Source: Escherichia coli (GTDB lineage Bacteria > Pseudomonadota > Gammaproteobacteria > Enterobacterales > Enterobacteriaceae). From it: DNA of 64,000 nucleotides. Position 1 is the stretch's first letter. Every line of letters starts with the position of its first letter. The stretch lies in NCBI RefSeq assembly GCF_041248615.1, contig NZ_CP158426.1, one strand, 5' to 3'. Under the pieces are notes generated by a model. It was not told the DNA's origin and did no database searches. It worked only from the letters and a program-made list of their open reading frames with translations. Position numbers and translations under genes: made by a program. Shown piece by piece: positions 7,496-16,742 of this stretch.

Positions 7496-8176
7496 ATGGG
7501 AACTGCGACATTAATACTCGGTGAATCTGGCACCGGAAAATCAACCAGCATGAGAAATATCAATCCAGAGGAAGCAATACTTATAAAACCAATAGGCAAG
7601 CCGCTTCCATTTAAATCAAAAGACTGGCTGGCATGGGATGCCAGAGCAAAAAAAGGAACCGTAGTTACCACTGACAAATGGGACGTAATAGTTGCCGTAA
7701 TTAAGCGTGCTCACGAATACGGGAAAAGAATCGTTATTGTTGATGACTTCCAGTATGTGATGAGCAATGAGTTTATGCGCCGCTCAGAAGAAAAATCGTT
7801 TGATAAATTCACTGAGATAGGCCGCCACGCATGGGAGGTGATTAAGGCTGCACAGGATGCACCTGATGACCTGAGAGTCTATTTTCTTGCGCACACCGAA
7901 GAAACCCCTATGGGGCGTGTGAAAATGAAGACTATCGGCAAAATGCTGGACGAGAAAATCACTGTCGAAGGCATGTTTACTATAGTTCTTCGCACCCTTA
8001 CCCGCGATGACCAGTTCTTTTTCACCACGAAAAACAACGGTGCAGACACTGTTAAATCCCCAATGGGAATGTTTGATTCTAATGAGATTGATAACGATCT
8101 CTCTTTCGTCGATGCCACTGTTTGTGATTACTACGGCATCAATAATGTTCATCAAATTAAGGAAAACGCCGCATGA
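7496..8176 (+). CDS. Sak4-type RecA-fold ATPase (putative phage single-strand annealing / recombination protein)
   Basis: 226 aa with Walker A GESGTGKST near the N-terminus and a Walker B-like IVIVDDF. Its size and its pairing with an SSB-like gene fit the Sak4 family. Confidence 0.65.
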   Translation: MGTATLILGESGTGKSTSMRNINPEEAILIKPIGKPLPFKSKDWLAWDARAKKGTVVTTDKWDVIVAVIKRAHEYGKRIVIVDDFQYVMSNEFMRRSEEKSFDKFTEIGRHAWEVIKAAQDAPDDLRVYFLAHTEETPMGRVKMKTIGKMLDEKITVEGMFTIVLRTLTRDDQFFFTTKNNGADTVKSPMGMFDSNEIDNDLSFVDATVCDYYGINNVHQIKENAA

Positions 8177-8760
8177 GCAACGTGATTTTTACTTATAACG
8201 AAGAAGCAGCACTGACCGCAGGGCAAGGTGGTTTTATTAACGAAACTGGTGCTCATATCATTACCATTACTGAAGCAGAACTAAAGCAATCAGAAAAAGG
8301 AGCCAAATTTATTGAGTTTTCTGGCGAATCTGACGACGGACGTAAAATCCAATATCTTAGCGTCTGTGTTCAGAAAAATGACGGAACGGAAAACAAATTT
8401 GGCGCAAATGTCGTTCACGCCATGATGGGGTGTGCCGGGATTGGACAATTAACGCAACATATGGTTTCCGCCAGTAAATTTGTTGCTCCTGAGTTTCATG
8501 GAAAGAAAATCGGGTTAGTGCTCCAGAAAGTATTAACCACAAACAAAAAGACTGGCGCAGACAGCTACCAGATGGAAATACGCATCCCGTTTATTGCACA
8601 AACAGGTCAAACCCTTAAAGAAAAGGCGGAAGGCAAGCAACCAGAAACTATCGCCAACATGGTTGCCAGCCTCAAAGATAAAGACAATCGCTCTAAAAAC
8701 GTAAGCCAGAATCATGCAGATGATTATGGTTACAGCCAGAACGATTACCCTCCATTCTAG
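8173..8760 (+). CDS. Phage SSB-like protein (DUF2815-type partner of Sak4)
   Basis: 195 aa; start overlaps the Sak4 stop. C-terminal acidic/aromatic tail ...DDYGYSQNDYPPF resembles the SSB C-terminal tail. Confidence 0.5.
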   Translation: MSNVIFTYNEEAALTAGQGGFINETGAHIITITEAELKQSEKGAKFIEFSGESDDGRKIQYLSVCVQKNDGTENKFGANVVHAMMGCAGIGQLTQHMVSASKFVAPEFHGKKIGLVLQKVLTTNKKTGADSYQMEIRIPFIAQTGQTLKEKAEGKQPETIANMVASLKDKDNRSKNVSQNHADDYGYSQNDYPPF

Positions 8761-8785
8761 ATTATTGCAAAATAAGGATTCCATT

Positions 8786-9082
8786 ATGCCAGCGCCTCTG
8801 TATGGTGCGGATGACCCGCGCAATTGCTCCGGTAGCTCCAAGGCGGAGGTGCTGGAAAATATCAAAAACAATTTCGACGCGTTTCTTGCTCTGACACCAG
8901 AAACAAAAGCAGAACGGATGTACCGACGCGATATACAACTCGCGCTAAAACAGGAGAAGGACCGAACAAACGAAACAGCAATGAGACCGTTGCGAAAAGC
9001 GACAATAGACAAATTCCCTGAATATATCGACCCGCGCCTGCGTAATTACCGCTCACGCTATGGCGCTATCAGTAATGACTGA
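8786..9082 (+). CDS. Hypothetical protein (98 aa)
   Basis: ORF track 8714..9082 trimmed to ATG 8786 with RBS aaggatt. Confidence 0.45.
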   Translation: MPAPLYGADDPRNCSGSSKAEVLENIKNNFDAFLALTPETKAERMYRRDIQLALKQEKDRTNETAMRPLRKATIDKFPEYIDPRLRNYRSRYGAISND

Positions 9083-9092
9083 GGAATTTACA

Positions 9093-9260
9093 ATGAGAGG
9101 ACTTGCATACAATCCCGGCATTCTTCCGGCAGAAATGATTATTCGCCAACGCGTAAAGCCAATGCCATCGAGAGAGGAATTGCTTAAGAGAAATTCTTTT
9201 CCGTCAGTAAATCAAAACAAATATCTGAATGCGATGTGGCGCAAAGGAGGCAAGCAGTGA
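9093..9260 (+). CDS. Hypothetical small protein (55 aa)
   Basis: ATG 9093 preceded by gagga; within track ORF 9060..9260. Confidence 0.35.
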   Translation: MRGLAYNPGILPAEMIIRQRVKPMPSREELLKRNSFPSVNQNKYLNAMWRKGGKQ

Positions 9261-9556
9261 GTGTATATCTTATTGATAAACGTCGACGTGGGCAACAAAT
9301 ACCACCTGTAGGAATTCCGAATCACACATGGTTTTGCGTACTTGATATCGATGGTATGGATGCGTTGGTTGACACTCGTCATTACTGCGATACCGCAACA
9401 GCTACTCCGGCGAAAGCAAAGAAAATGGCTGCTCTGATAGAAAACTGGACTCCACCTGATGGTTGGTGCAATGGGAATGATCGAGATTGGCATGAAAAAA
9501 TGAAGGGCTATATCTGCGATTTCTTACGTAAATGCAACGGCTTCAGGGTGATGTGA
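9257..9556 (+). CDS. Hypothetical protein (99 aa; GTG start assumed)
   Basis: Track ORF 9236..9556. aggagg at 9245-9250 favours GTG 9257 as the start, overlapping the upstream stop. Start is uncertain. Confidence 0.4.
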   Translation: MSVYLIDKRRRGQQIPPVGIPNHTWFCVLDIDGMDALVDTRHYCDTATATPAKAKKMAALIENWTPPDGWCNGNDRDWHEKMKGYICDFLRKCNGFRVM

Positions 9557-9557
9557 C

Positions 9558-10175
9558 ATGAACAAGATTGACTATCAGGCACTGCGTGAAGCGGCAGAGC
9601 AGGCAATGCATGACGACTGGGGATTTGACGCAGACCTTTTCCATGAATTGGTAACACCATCGATTGTGCTGGAACTGCTGGATGAACGGGAAAGAAACCA
9701 GCAATACATCAAACGCCGCGACCAGGAGAACGAGGATATTGCGCTAACGGTAGGGAGGCTTCGCGTTGAGCTGGAAGGCAAAGACAGCAAAATAGCCAAT
9801 CTTACCGCCGAACGCGATGCTCTTCGTGAAGGTGAGATGGGCGACGCTAGGCATAGCAACACACGGGCCGCAGCTGATATCTACTTCCAACTGGTCGAGG
9901 AGTGCGAAATTCCTGCTGGCGGATCTCTGGTCGAGTACGTTGACGATATGCGCGAGAAGCTGGAAGCTGCAGAGAAGCGCATTGCAGAGTTAGAAAGTGG
10001 TTCTCAGGCACAAAAGTTAGTTGAAGCAATCATTGTTGCGATAGAAAACGAACAGGAAAGGCTTTTTGATGAAGATTACCTAATGGATTCGAAAGAATGC
10101 ATTGACGTAATTCGTGAAGAAGTAAAGCGATGGAATGATTCCCGTGCCGCTGGCATTCGCATCAAAGGAGAGTGA
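9558..10175 (+). CDS. Hypothetical coiled-coil protein (205 aa), possibly Ea22-like
   Basis: ORF track. Acidic, coiled-coil-rich. Lies in the ea/b2-equivalent region between the recombination module and xis. Family assignment is by recollection only. Confidence 0.4.
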   Translation: MNKIDYQALREAAEQAMHDDWGFDADLFHELVTPSIVLELLDERERNQQYIKRRDQENEDIALTVGRLRVELEGKDSKIANLTAERDALREGEMGDARHSNTRAAADIYFQLVEECEIPAGGSLVEYVDDMREKLEAAEKRIAELESGSQAQKLVEAIIVAIENEQERLFDEDYLMDSKECIDVIREEVKRWNDSRAAGIRIKGE

Positions 10176-10176
10176 T

Positions 10177-10719
10177 ATGACCACTATAACCGATAAGAAA
10201 CAGTATCCCAGCGAGCAATATCTTAATGAGCTGATCACCAACATAGAGTTTGCTGCAAGGGCACCAGTTGAAGTCGTGAGAGCGATGGCAGCAGAGCTAC
10301 AGAAGCGGCGCGAAGCTGATAGTGCAGAACCTGCAAGTAATCATGAAGAGTTGCCGCTTGATTATCTCCAAGGTCAAAAAGATGGTCTTGAATGGGCTGC
10401 GCAGCTTGCAGAAGCAAATCACCCACAAACTGGCGACTGGCTTTACGATGACCCGCTGGAGCTGGCTAAAGCTATCAGAAAAGGTCCTGACATGCCCGAA
10501 TTCGATGGACCAACTCCGGTAACTCCGGATGGTTGGATAAGCTGTAGTGAGCGAATGCCCGCTCAAGATGATTGGATTTTAATTTATTCAAAGCACGGCG
10601 AGTATATGGCAGGACAGGTACAAGGGGAATACGTGGAGTTGAGCGACGGCACTTTATCGTGGTTAGGGAACGCCTTGTACTGGATGCCTCTACCGGAACC
10701 GCCGCAGGAGGTGAAGTGA
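10177..10719 (+). CDS. Hypothetical protein (180 aa), C-terminal DUF551-like domain
   Basis: Track ORF 10135..10719 trimmed to ATG 10177 with RBS aaaggagag. C-terminal W/Y-rich segment (GWISCSERMP...DDWILIY...WMPLPEPP) resembles DUF551. Confidence 0.45.
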   Translation: MTTITDKKQYPSEQYLNELITNIEFAARAPVEVVRAMAAELQKRREADSAEPASNHEELPLDYLQGQKDGLEWAAQLAEANHPQTGDWLYDDPLELAKAIRKGPDMPEFDGPTPVTPDGWISCSERMPAQDDWILIYSKHGEYMAGQVQGEYVELSDGTLSWLGNALYWMPLPEPPQEVK

Positions 10720-10997
10720 TGGACTCCTTCGCGAAATATACGATTATTGACTGGATAGCCTTCCTTCAGGTTTTACTCATCTGGTTTTATATGGCTTACA
10801 GGAGTGGACAGTGGATTGTCAGTATAGCCTGTAGCAAGGGATGGCGTTGGTGGAACCGAAAGAATAAAAAAGCACTGGCATTGGATTCGTTTTACGAAGC
10901 ATTCAATCTTAACAGCCTTCAGCCTGGTTCTGTCGTTGTAGTCACCACTCAAAGCGGCATGACGATACAAATTCACAAGCCAAAGGATGAAAAATGA
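10719..10997 (+). CDS. Hypothetical small membrane protein (92 aa)
   Basis: ATG 10719 overlaps the upstream stop, RBS ggagg. One hydrophobic segment (IIDWIAFLQVLLIWFYMAY). Confidence 0.4.
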   Translation: MDSFAKYTIIDWIAFLQVLLIWFYMAYRSGQWIVSIACSKGWRWWNRKNKKALALDSFYEAFNLNSLQPGSVVVVTTQSGMTIQIHKPKDEK

Positions 10998-11083
10998 TGT
11001 GGCCTATATGCGTTAATTGCGGACGGATGTGCCTATCTGGATGGTGCCGAAAGTGCGACAAATGCACGAAGAAAAGACAATAA
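10994..11083 (+). CDS. Cys-rich micro-ORF (29 aa, CxxC-x3-C-x4-CxxCxxC)
   Basis: MMWPICVNCGRMCLSGWCRKCDKCTKKRQ; start overlaps the upstream stop. Very short, so it may not be translated. Confidence 0.25.
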   Translation: MMWPICVNCGRMCLSGWCRKCDKCTKKRQ

Positions 11084-11142
11084 CAATCCTCGCACTCGCG
11101 GGGATTTCTTTTATCTGAACTCGCTACGGCGGGTTTTGTTTT

Positions 11143-11454
11143 ATGGAGATGATTATGGCCTGTTCAACATTCACCACTTTAACGTTACAGAAATACCAGC
11201 CAGACCCTGAAGATTTATACTCACTGTGTGGCGGAAATCATGGTAAAGCCGCCATGATCGAATGTAAGGACAAAATCCACATATGCCTTAATTGCGTTGA
11301 TGTCCTCGTTGATATCAAAAATGAAAGAGAAGATAAAAAGCGTAGCGAGGCTATTCGCGCCTTAGATTCATGGATGCGAGATGGGTATAGTGCTGCGCAA
11401 ATTTATGACTTAGCCATTTCAAAAGGCGAAATACCAGGAGTGCGCATCGAATAA
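11143..11454 (+). CDS. Hypothetical protein (103 aa)
   Basis: ORF track; followed by an intrinsic terminator. Confidence 0.4.
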   Translation: MEMIMACSTFTTLTLQKYQPDPEDLYSLCGGNHGKAAMIECKDKIHICLNCVDVLVDIKNEREDKKRSEAIRALDSWMRDGYSAAQIYDLAISKGEIPGVRIE

Positions 11455-11496
11455 GACGTAACCAATATTCGAATTGAAGAACTGAAAGAACACCAA

Positions 11497-11518
11497 GCCG
11501 CCTGATGGCGGTTTTTTC
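11497..11518 (+). terminator. Intrinsic terminator upstream of xis
   Basis: Stem gccgcc/ggcgg with loop tgat, followed by tttttt. Confidence 0.5.
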
Positions 11519-11544
11519 TTGCGTGTAATTGCGGAGACTTTGCG

Positions 11545-11763
11545 ATGTACTTGACACTTCAGGAGTGGAATGCACGCCAGCGACGCCCAAGAAGCCTTGA
11601 AACAGTTCGTCGATGGGTGCGCGAATGCAGGATATTCCCTCCTCCGGTTAAGGATGGAAGAGAATATCTGTTCCACGAATCAGCGGTAAAGGTTGACTTA
11701 AATCGACCAGTAACAGGTAGCCTTTTGAAGAGGATCAGAAATGGGAAGAAGGCGAAGTCATGA
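11545..11763 (+). CDS. xis: Excisionase Xis
   Basis: 72 aa MYLTLQEWNARQRRPRSLETVRRWVRECRIFPPPVKDGREYLFHESAVKVDL...; matches lambda Xis from memory. Overlaps the int start. Confidence 0.9.
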   Translation: MYLTLQEWNARQRRPRSLETVRRWVRECRIFPPPVKDGREYLFHESAVKVDLNRPVTGSLLKRIRNGKKAKS

Positions 11764-12811
11764 GCGCCGGGATTTACCCCCTAACCTTTATATAAGAAAC
11801 AATGGATATTACTGCTACAGGGACCCAAGGACGGGTAAAGAGTTTGGATTAGGCAGAGACAGGCGAATCGCAATCACTGAAGCCATACAGGCCAACATTG
11901 AGTTATTTTCAGGACACAAACACAAGCCTCTGACAGCGAGAATCAACAGTGATAATTCCGTTACGCTACATTCATGGCTTGATCGCTACGAAAAAATCCT
12001 GGCCAGCAGAGGAATCAAGCAGAAGACACTCATAAATTACATGAGCAAAATTAAAGCAATAAGGAGGGGGCTGCCTGATGCTCCACTTGAAGACATCACC
12101 ACAAAAGAAATTGCGGCAATGCTCAATGGATACATAGACGAGGGCAAGGCGGCGTCAGCCAAGTTAATCAGATCAACACTGAGCGATGCATTCCGAGAGG
12201 CAATAGCTGAAGGCCATATAACAACAAACCCTGTCGCTGCCACTCGCGCAGCAAAATCAGAGGTAAGGAGATCAAGACTTACGGCTGACGAATACCTGAA
12301 AATTTATCAAGCAGCAGAATCATCACCATGTTGGCTCAGACTTGCAATGGAACTGGCTGTTGTTACCGGGCAACGAGTTGGTGATTTATGCGAAATGAAG
12401 TGGTCTGATATCGTAGATGGATATCTTTATGTCGAGCAAAGCAAAACAGGCGTAAAAATTGCCATCCCAACAACATTGCATGTTGATGCTCTCGGGATAT
12501 CAATGAAGGAAACACTTGATAAATGCAAAGAGATTCTTGGCGGAGAAACCATAATTGCATCTACTCGTCGTGAACCGCTTTCATCCGGCACAGTATCAAG
12601 GTATTTTATGCGCGCACGAAAAGCATCAGGTCTTTCCTTCGAAGGGGATCCGCCTACCTTTCACGAGTTGCGCAGTTTGTCTGCAAGACTCTATGAGAAG
12701 CAGATAAGCGATAAGTTTGCTCAACATCTTCTCGGGCATAAGTCGGACACCATGGCATCACAGTATCGTGATGACAGAGGCAGGGAGTGGGACAAAATTG
12801 AAATCAAATAA
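11741..12811 (+). CDS. int: Tyrosine integrase Int (lambda-type)
   Basis: 356 aa MGRRRSHERRDLPPNLYIRNNGYYCYRDPRTGKEFGLGRD...; essentially lambda Int from memory. The adjacent P' arm and core follow. Confidence 0.95.
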   Translation: MGRRRSHERRDLPPNLYIRNNGYYCYRDPRTGKEFGLGRDRRIAITEAIQANIELFSGHKHKPLTARINSDNSVTLHSWLDRYEKILASRGIKQKTLINYMSKIKAIRRGLPDAPLEDITTKEIAAMLNGYIDEGKAASAKLIRSTLSDAFREAIAEGHITTNPVAATRAAKSEVRRSRLTADEYLKIYQAAESSPCWLRLAMELAVVTGQRVGDLCEMKWSDIVDGYLYVEQSKTGVKIAIPTTLHVDALGISMKETLDKCKEILGGETIIASTRREPLSSGTVSRYFMRARKASGLSFEGDPPTFHELRSLSARLYEKQISDKFAQHLLGHKSDTMASQYRDDRGREWDKIEIK

Positions 12812-12884
12812 TGATTTTATTTTGACTGATAGTGACCTGTTCGTTGCAACAAATTGATAAGCAATGCTTTTTTATAATGCCAAC

Positions 12885-12899
12885 TTAGTATAAAAAAGC
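12885..12899. other. att-lambda common core (attL junction: host B arm - core - phage P' arm)
   Basis: The + strand carries ttagtataaaaaagc, the reverse complement of the lambda core GCTTTTTTATACTAA. It is flanked on the phage side by the lambda P' arm (gttggcattataaaaaagcattgcttatcaatttgttgcaacgaacaggtcactatcagtcaaaataaaatcatta on the reverse strand) and on the host side by caggcttca, as in E. coli attB. Confidence 0.85.
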
Positions 12900-12945
12900 A
12901 GGCTTCAACGGATTCATTTTTCTATTTCATAGCCCGGAGCAACCT

Positions 12946-14229
12946 GTGAACACATTTTCAGTTTCCCGTCTGGCGCTGGCATTGGCTTTTGGCGTGACGC
13001 TGACCGCCTGTAGCTCAACACCGCCCGATCAACGTCCTTCTGATCAAACCGCGCCTGGTACCTCTTCTCGCCCGATTCTGTCGGCAAAAGAAGCGCAGAA
13101 TTTCGATGCTCAACACTATTTTGCATCCCTGACACCAGGTGCGGCAGCGTGGAATCCTTCCCCGATTACCCTGCCTGCACAACCTGACTTTGTTGTCGGC
13201 CCGGCGGGTACTCAAGGTGTAACGCATACCACGATTCAGGCGGCGGTAGATGCGGCAATTATCAAGCGTACCAACAAGCGCCAGTATATTGCCGTGATGC
13301 CTGGTGAGTATCAGGGAACGGTGTATGTCCCTGCCGCTCCGGGTGGAATTACTCTGTACGGTACAGGTGAAAAACCGATTGATGTGAAGATTGGGCTTTC
13401 CCTTGATGGGGGCATGAGCCCCGCCGACTGGCGTCACGACGTCAACCCGCGCGGCAAATATATGCCAGGTAAACCAGCGTGGTATATGTACGATAGCTGC
13501 CAGAGCAAACGCAGCGACAGTATCGGCGTTCTCTGCTCTGCGGTCTTCTGGTCACAAAACAATGGCCTGCAACTGCAAAACCTGACCATCGAAAACACGC
13601 TGGGCGATAGCGTAGATGCGGGTAACCATCCGGCGGTGGCACTGCGTACTGATGGCGACAAAGTGCAGATCAATAACGTCAACATTCTCGGTCGTCAGAA
13701 TACCTTCTTTGTCACCAACAGTGGTGTGCAAAACCGTCTGGAAACCAACCGTCAGCCGCGTACTCTGGTGACCAACAGTTACATTGAAGGGGATGTGGAT
13801 ATCGTTTCTGGTCGCGGCGCAGTGGTGTTCGATAACACCGAATTCCGCGTGGTGAACTCCCGTACCCAGCAAGAAGCGTATGTGTTTGCACCGGCTACGC
13901 TGTCCAACATTTACTACGGTTTCCTCGCCGTAAACAGCCGTTTCAATGCTTCCGGTGATGGCGTGGCGCAACTGGGCCGCTCGCTGGATGTTGATGCCAA
14001 TACCAACGGTCAGGTGGTGATCCGTGATAGTGCCATCAACGAAGGTTTTAACACAGCCAAACCGTGGGCTGATGCGGTGATCTCTAATCGTCCGTTTGCG
14101 GGTAACACCGGCAGCGTTGATGATAACGACGAAGTACAGCGCAATCTGAATGACACTAACTACAACCGCATGTGGGAATACAATAACCGCGGCGTGGGTA
14201 GCAAAGTGGTTGCAGAGGCGAAGAAGTAA
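12946..14229 (+). CDS. ybhC: Putative pectinesterase-family lipoprotein YbhC
   Basis: 427 aa, GTG start, lipoprotein signal (LTACSS). Gene adjacent to att-lambda in K-12 order. Confidence 0.85.
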   Translation: MNTFSVSRLALALAFGVTLTACSSTPPDQRPSDQTAPGTSSRPILSAKEAQNFDAQHYFASLTPGAAAWNPSPITLPAQPDFVVGPAGTQGVTHTTIQAAVDAAIIKRTNKRQYIAVMPGEYQGTVYVPAAPGGITLYGTGEKPIDVKIGLSLDGGMSPADWRHDVNPRGKYMPGKPAWYMYDSCQSKRSDSIGVLCSAVFWSQNNGLQLQNLTIENTLGDSVDAGNHPAVALRTDGDKVQINNVNILGRQNTFFVTNSGVQNRLETNRQPRTLVTNSYIEGDVDIVSGRGAVVFDNTEFRVVNSRTQQEAYVFAPATLSNIYYGFLAVNSRFNASGDGVAQLGRSLDVDANTNGQVVIRDSAINEGFNTAKPWADAVISNRPFAGNTGSVDDNDEVQRNLNDTNYNRMWEYNNRGVGSKVVAEAKK

Positions 14230-14261
14230 AAAAGAAAACCCGATAGTCTGAACCATCGGGT
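14226..14261 (-). terminator. Candidate intrinsic terminator downstream of ybhJ
   Basis: Hairpin aacccgat...atcgggtt followed on the minus strand by a T-rich tract. Confidence 0.35.
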
Positions 14262-14271
14262 TAATGAAACT

Positions 14272-14300
14272 GGGCGCTATATTTCATAGCGCCTTTTTTT
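14272..14300 (+). terminator. Intrinsic terminator downstream of ybhC
   Basis: Hairpin ggcgctat-atttc-atagcgcc followed by tttttttt. Confidence 0.5.
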
Positions 14301-16560
14301 ACATCTGACGGTTTTTATTGAAGTTAATCAAACTACCCGCCTTGATAATCTCGCGCTCTTCGGCCGTCAGGCTTTCCATGTAAAGCGTAATTTCCGTTAC
14401 CGGCGCATCTTCATGGATCACATAACCTTTAAACGTCGTACCCGGATTATCCAGCGCTGCTTTAATGCCAGGGATGTAAATGTAATCACCTACGTCAAAG
14501 TTCGGTGCTTCCGCCATTTGCAGCGGTAACATCCCCCAGTTGATGACGTTAGAACGGTAGCGTTTAGTCGCGTACTCCTCGGCAATATTCGCCAGACCGC
14601 CAATCACACGCTGGCAGCTCGCCGCCTGCTCACGCGCAGAACCATCGCCTGGTTTCACCGCATAGACCATGCTGCCAATTTCAGTTTGCAGCGGATCAAT
14701 ATGCTCCTGACCAGCAATCTGCTTAATGCGCGCAAACACCTCTGTCAGCTCGCTGACATTCCCCGCCAGACGCTGATTTTCCAGTTCAGCAGTCGCTTTA
14801 CTTCTGCCAACATAACCTGGATCGCGACGTGACAGGGTAAACTCCGCCAGACCAATCGGATTTGAACGATAAGAAGAGGTTTCACCGGAAGGAATCAATT
14901 CGTCGGTGGTGGTCACTTCGTCGAGGATCTTCGAGCACACTTTGAGGACGATATTGTCAGTCAGCGCACCCAATTCCGGCCAGTCTTTAATGTTCGGTCC
15001 GTAAATCAGCGGTTGCTGAGTTGCCCCTTTCACAAAGCCCTGATAAACACGGTTTTTATACGGCGTTACATCGAAGGCGTACTCCGGCACGTTGTCCCAG
15101 CAATCAAGTTCGCTGGCAGAGGTTAAATAGCCACCGTTTGCCGCAGTCGCAGCGATAGAACGAGCGTCCATCAACGCCACCGCTGACATCTGCCCATTAG
15201 CTGGCTTAGAGCCTTCGCGGTTCGGGAAGTTACGTGTGGTGTGGCGAATACTCAAACCGTTGTTGATTGGCGTATCGCCCGCGCCAAAGCATGGGCCGCA
15301 GAACGCGGTTCTGATGATTGCGCCTGCGCCAATCAAATCTGCTACCACACCTTTTTTGGCGAGATCCATAAACACCGGCTGTGATGACGGGTAAACCGCT
15401 AACGAGAAGGTGTCATTGCCACAGGATTGACCGCGCAGTGCATTCGCCGCCGCGATGACGTTTTCGTAGTTACCGCCAGAACAGCCCGCGATAATCCCCT
15501 GCTGCACTTTCAGGCGACCGTTTTCGACTTTATCCAGCAGCGAGAGTTTGGCTTTACCGTGCGCCACGCGCTCGGACTCAATTTCAATCTCACGCAGAAT
15601 ATCGGTCAGGTTCTGGTTCAGCGTGTCGATTTCATACACGTTGCTCGGGTGAAACGGCAGCGCAATCATTGGTTTGATGGCGCTTAAATCAACGCTGATG
15701 CAGCCATCGTAGTACGCCATCGGTTGAGGGTTAAGCTGGCAGTAATCCTGGCCGCGACCGTGCAGCGCCAGCCAGTTATGGACTTCTTCATCGGTTTGCC
15801 AGACAGAACTTAAACAGGTCGTTTCCGTGGTCATAACGTCAACGCTGTTACGGAAATCGGTAGAGAGCGCAGCAACACCGGGACCTACGAATTCCATCAC
15901 TTTGTTTTTGACGTAGCCGTTTTTGAACACGGCACCGATGATAGCCAGCGCCACATCCTGTGGCCCCACATACGGCGCTGGTTTTCCGGTCAGATGCACC
16001 GCAACAACTCCCGGATAGTCGATATCCCAGGTGTCATTAAGCAATTGTTTTACCAACTCGCCGCCGCCCTCACCGACTGCCATTGTCCCTAATGCACCGT
16101 AACGGGTGTGGCTGTCTGACCCGAGGATCATTTTGCCGCCGCCTGCCATCATCTCACGCATATATTGATGGATGACCGCAATATGCGGAGGCACAAAAAT
16201 ACCGCCATAACGCTGAGCCGCCGATAAACCAAAAACATGGTCATCACCGTTAATGGTGCCACCGACGGCGCAAAGTGAGTTATGGCAGTTGGTCAGCACA
16301 TACGGCAGCGGGAAACGTTCCATACCGGACGCTTTAGCGGTCTGTACAATACCAACAAAGGTAATATCGTGAGAGGCTAATGAATCAAACTTAATTTTAA
16401 GTTTATCCATATTTCCGGACGTATTATGAGAAGAGAGAATAGACCAGGAAATAGTGCCTTTTTTTGCTTCTTCTTTTTTAATTTCGCCGGTGAAATGTTC
16501 TTCGGCAATTATTTCGTTATTACTGGCGAGAAACACGCCTTTTTCAGATAACTTGATCAT
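14299..16560 (-). CDS. ybhJ: Aconitase-family protein YbhJ
   Basis: Track ORF 14299..16584 (761 aa) trimmed to the internal Met giving approx 753 aa. Aconitase-like sequence; conserved K-12 neighbour. Confidence 0.8.
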   Translation of the reverse strand: MIKLSEKGVFLASNNEIIAEEHFTGEIKKEEAKKGTISWSILSSHNTSGNMDKLKIKFDSLASHDITFVGIVQTAKASGMERFPLPYVLTNCHNSLCAVGGTINGDDHVFGLSAAQRYGGIFVPPHIAVIHQYMREMMAGGGKMILGSDSHTRYGALGTMAVGEGGGELVKQLLNDTWDIDYPGVVAVHLTGKPAPYVGPQDVALAIIGAVFKNGYVKNKVMEFVGPGVAALSTDFRNSVDVMTTETTCLSSVWQTDEEVHNWLALHGRGQDYCQLNPQPMAYYDGCISVDLSAIKPMIALPFHPSNVYEIDTLNQNLTDILREIEIESERVAHGKAKLSLLDKVENGRLKVQQGIIAGCSGGNYENVIAAANALRGQSCGNDTFSLAVYPSSQPVFMDLAKKGVVADLIGAGAIIRTAFCGPCFGAGDTPINNGLSIRHTTRNFPNREGSKPANGQMSAVALMDARSIAATAANGGYLTSASELDCWDNVPEYAFDVTPYKNRVYQGFVKGATQQPLIYGPNIKDWPELGALTDNIVLKVCSKILDEVTTTDELIPSGETSSYRSNPIGLAEFTLSRRDPGYVGRSKATAELENQRLAGNVSELTEVFARIKQIAGQEHIDPLQTEIGSMVYAVKPGDGSAREQAASCQRVIGGLANIAEEYATKRYRSNVINWGMLPLQMAEAPNFDVGDYIYIPGIKAALDNPGTTFKGYVIHEDAPVTEITLYMESLTAEEREIIKAGSLINFNKNRQM

Positions 16561-16742
16561 CAAATGCTCCAGATATCTGCGCACCGAGAAGTGCGCAGAA
16601 AGATAATAAATGGATATACTCTAAATAATTCGAGTTGCAGGAAGGCGACAAGCGAGTGAATCCCCAGGAGCTTACATAAGTAAGTGACTGAGGTGAGCGA
16701 ACGCAGACGCAGCACATGCAACTTGAAGTATGACGAGTATAT

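Noticed and set aside
13552-14256. 234 aa minus-strand ORF overlapping ybhC, and 761 aa versus 753 aa start ambiguity for ybhJ
   Set aside because: ybhC on the + strand has a lipoprotein signal and the expected neighbourhood, so the antisense frame is treated as spurious. For ybhJ the internal Met giving the K-12 length was preferred, at lower confidence.
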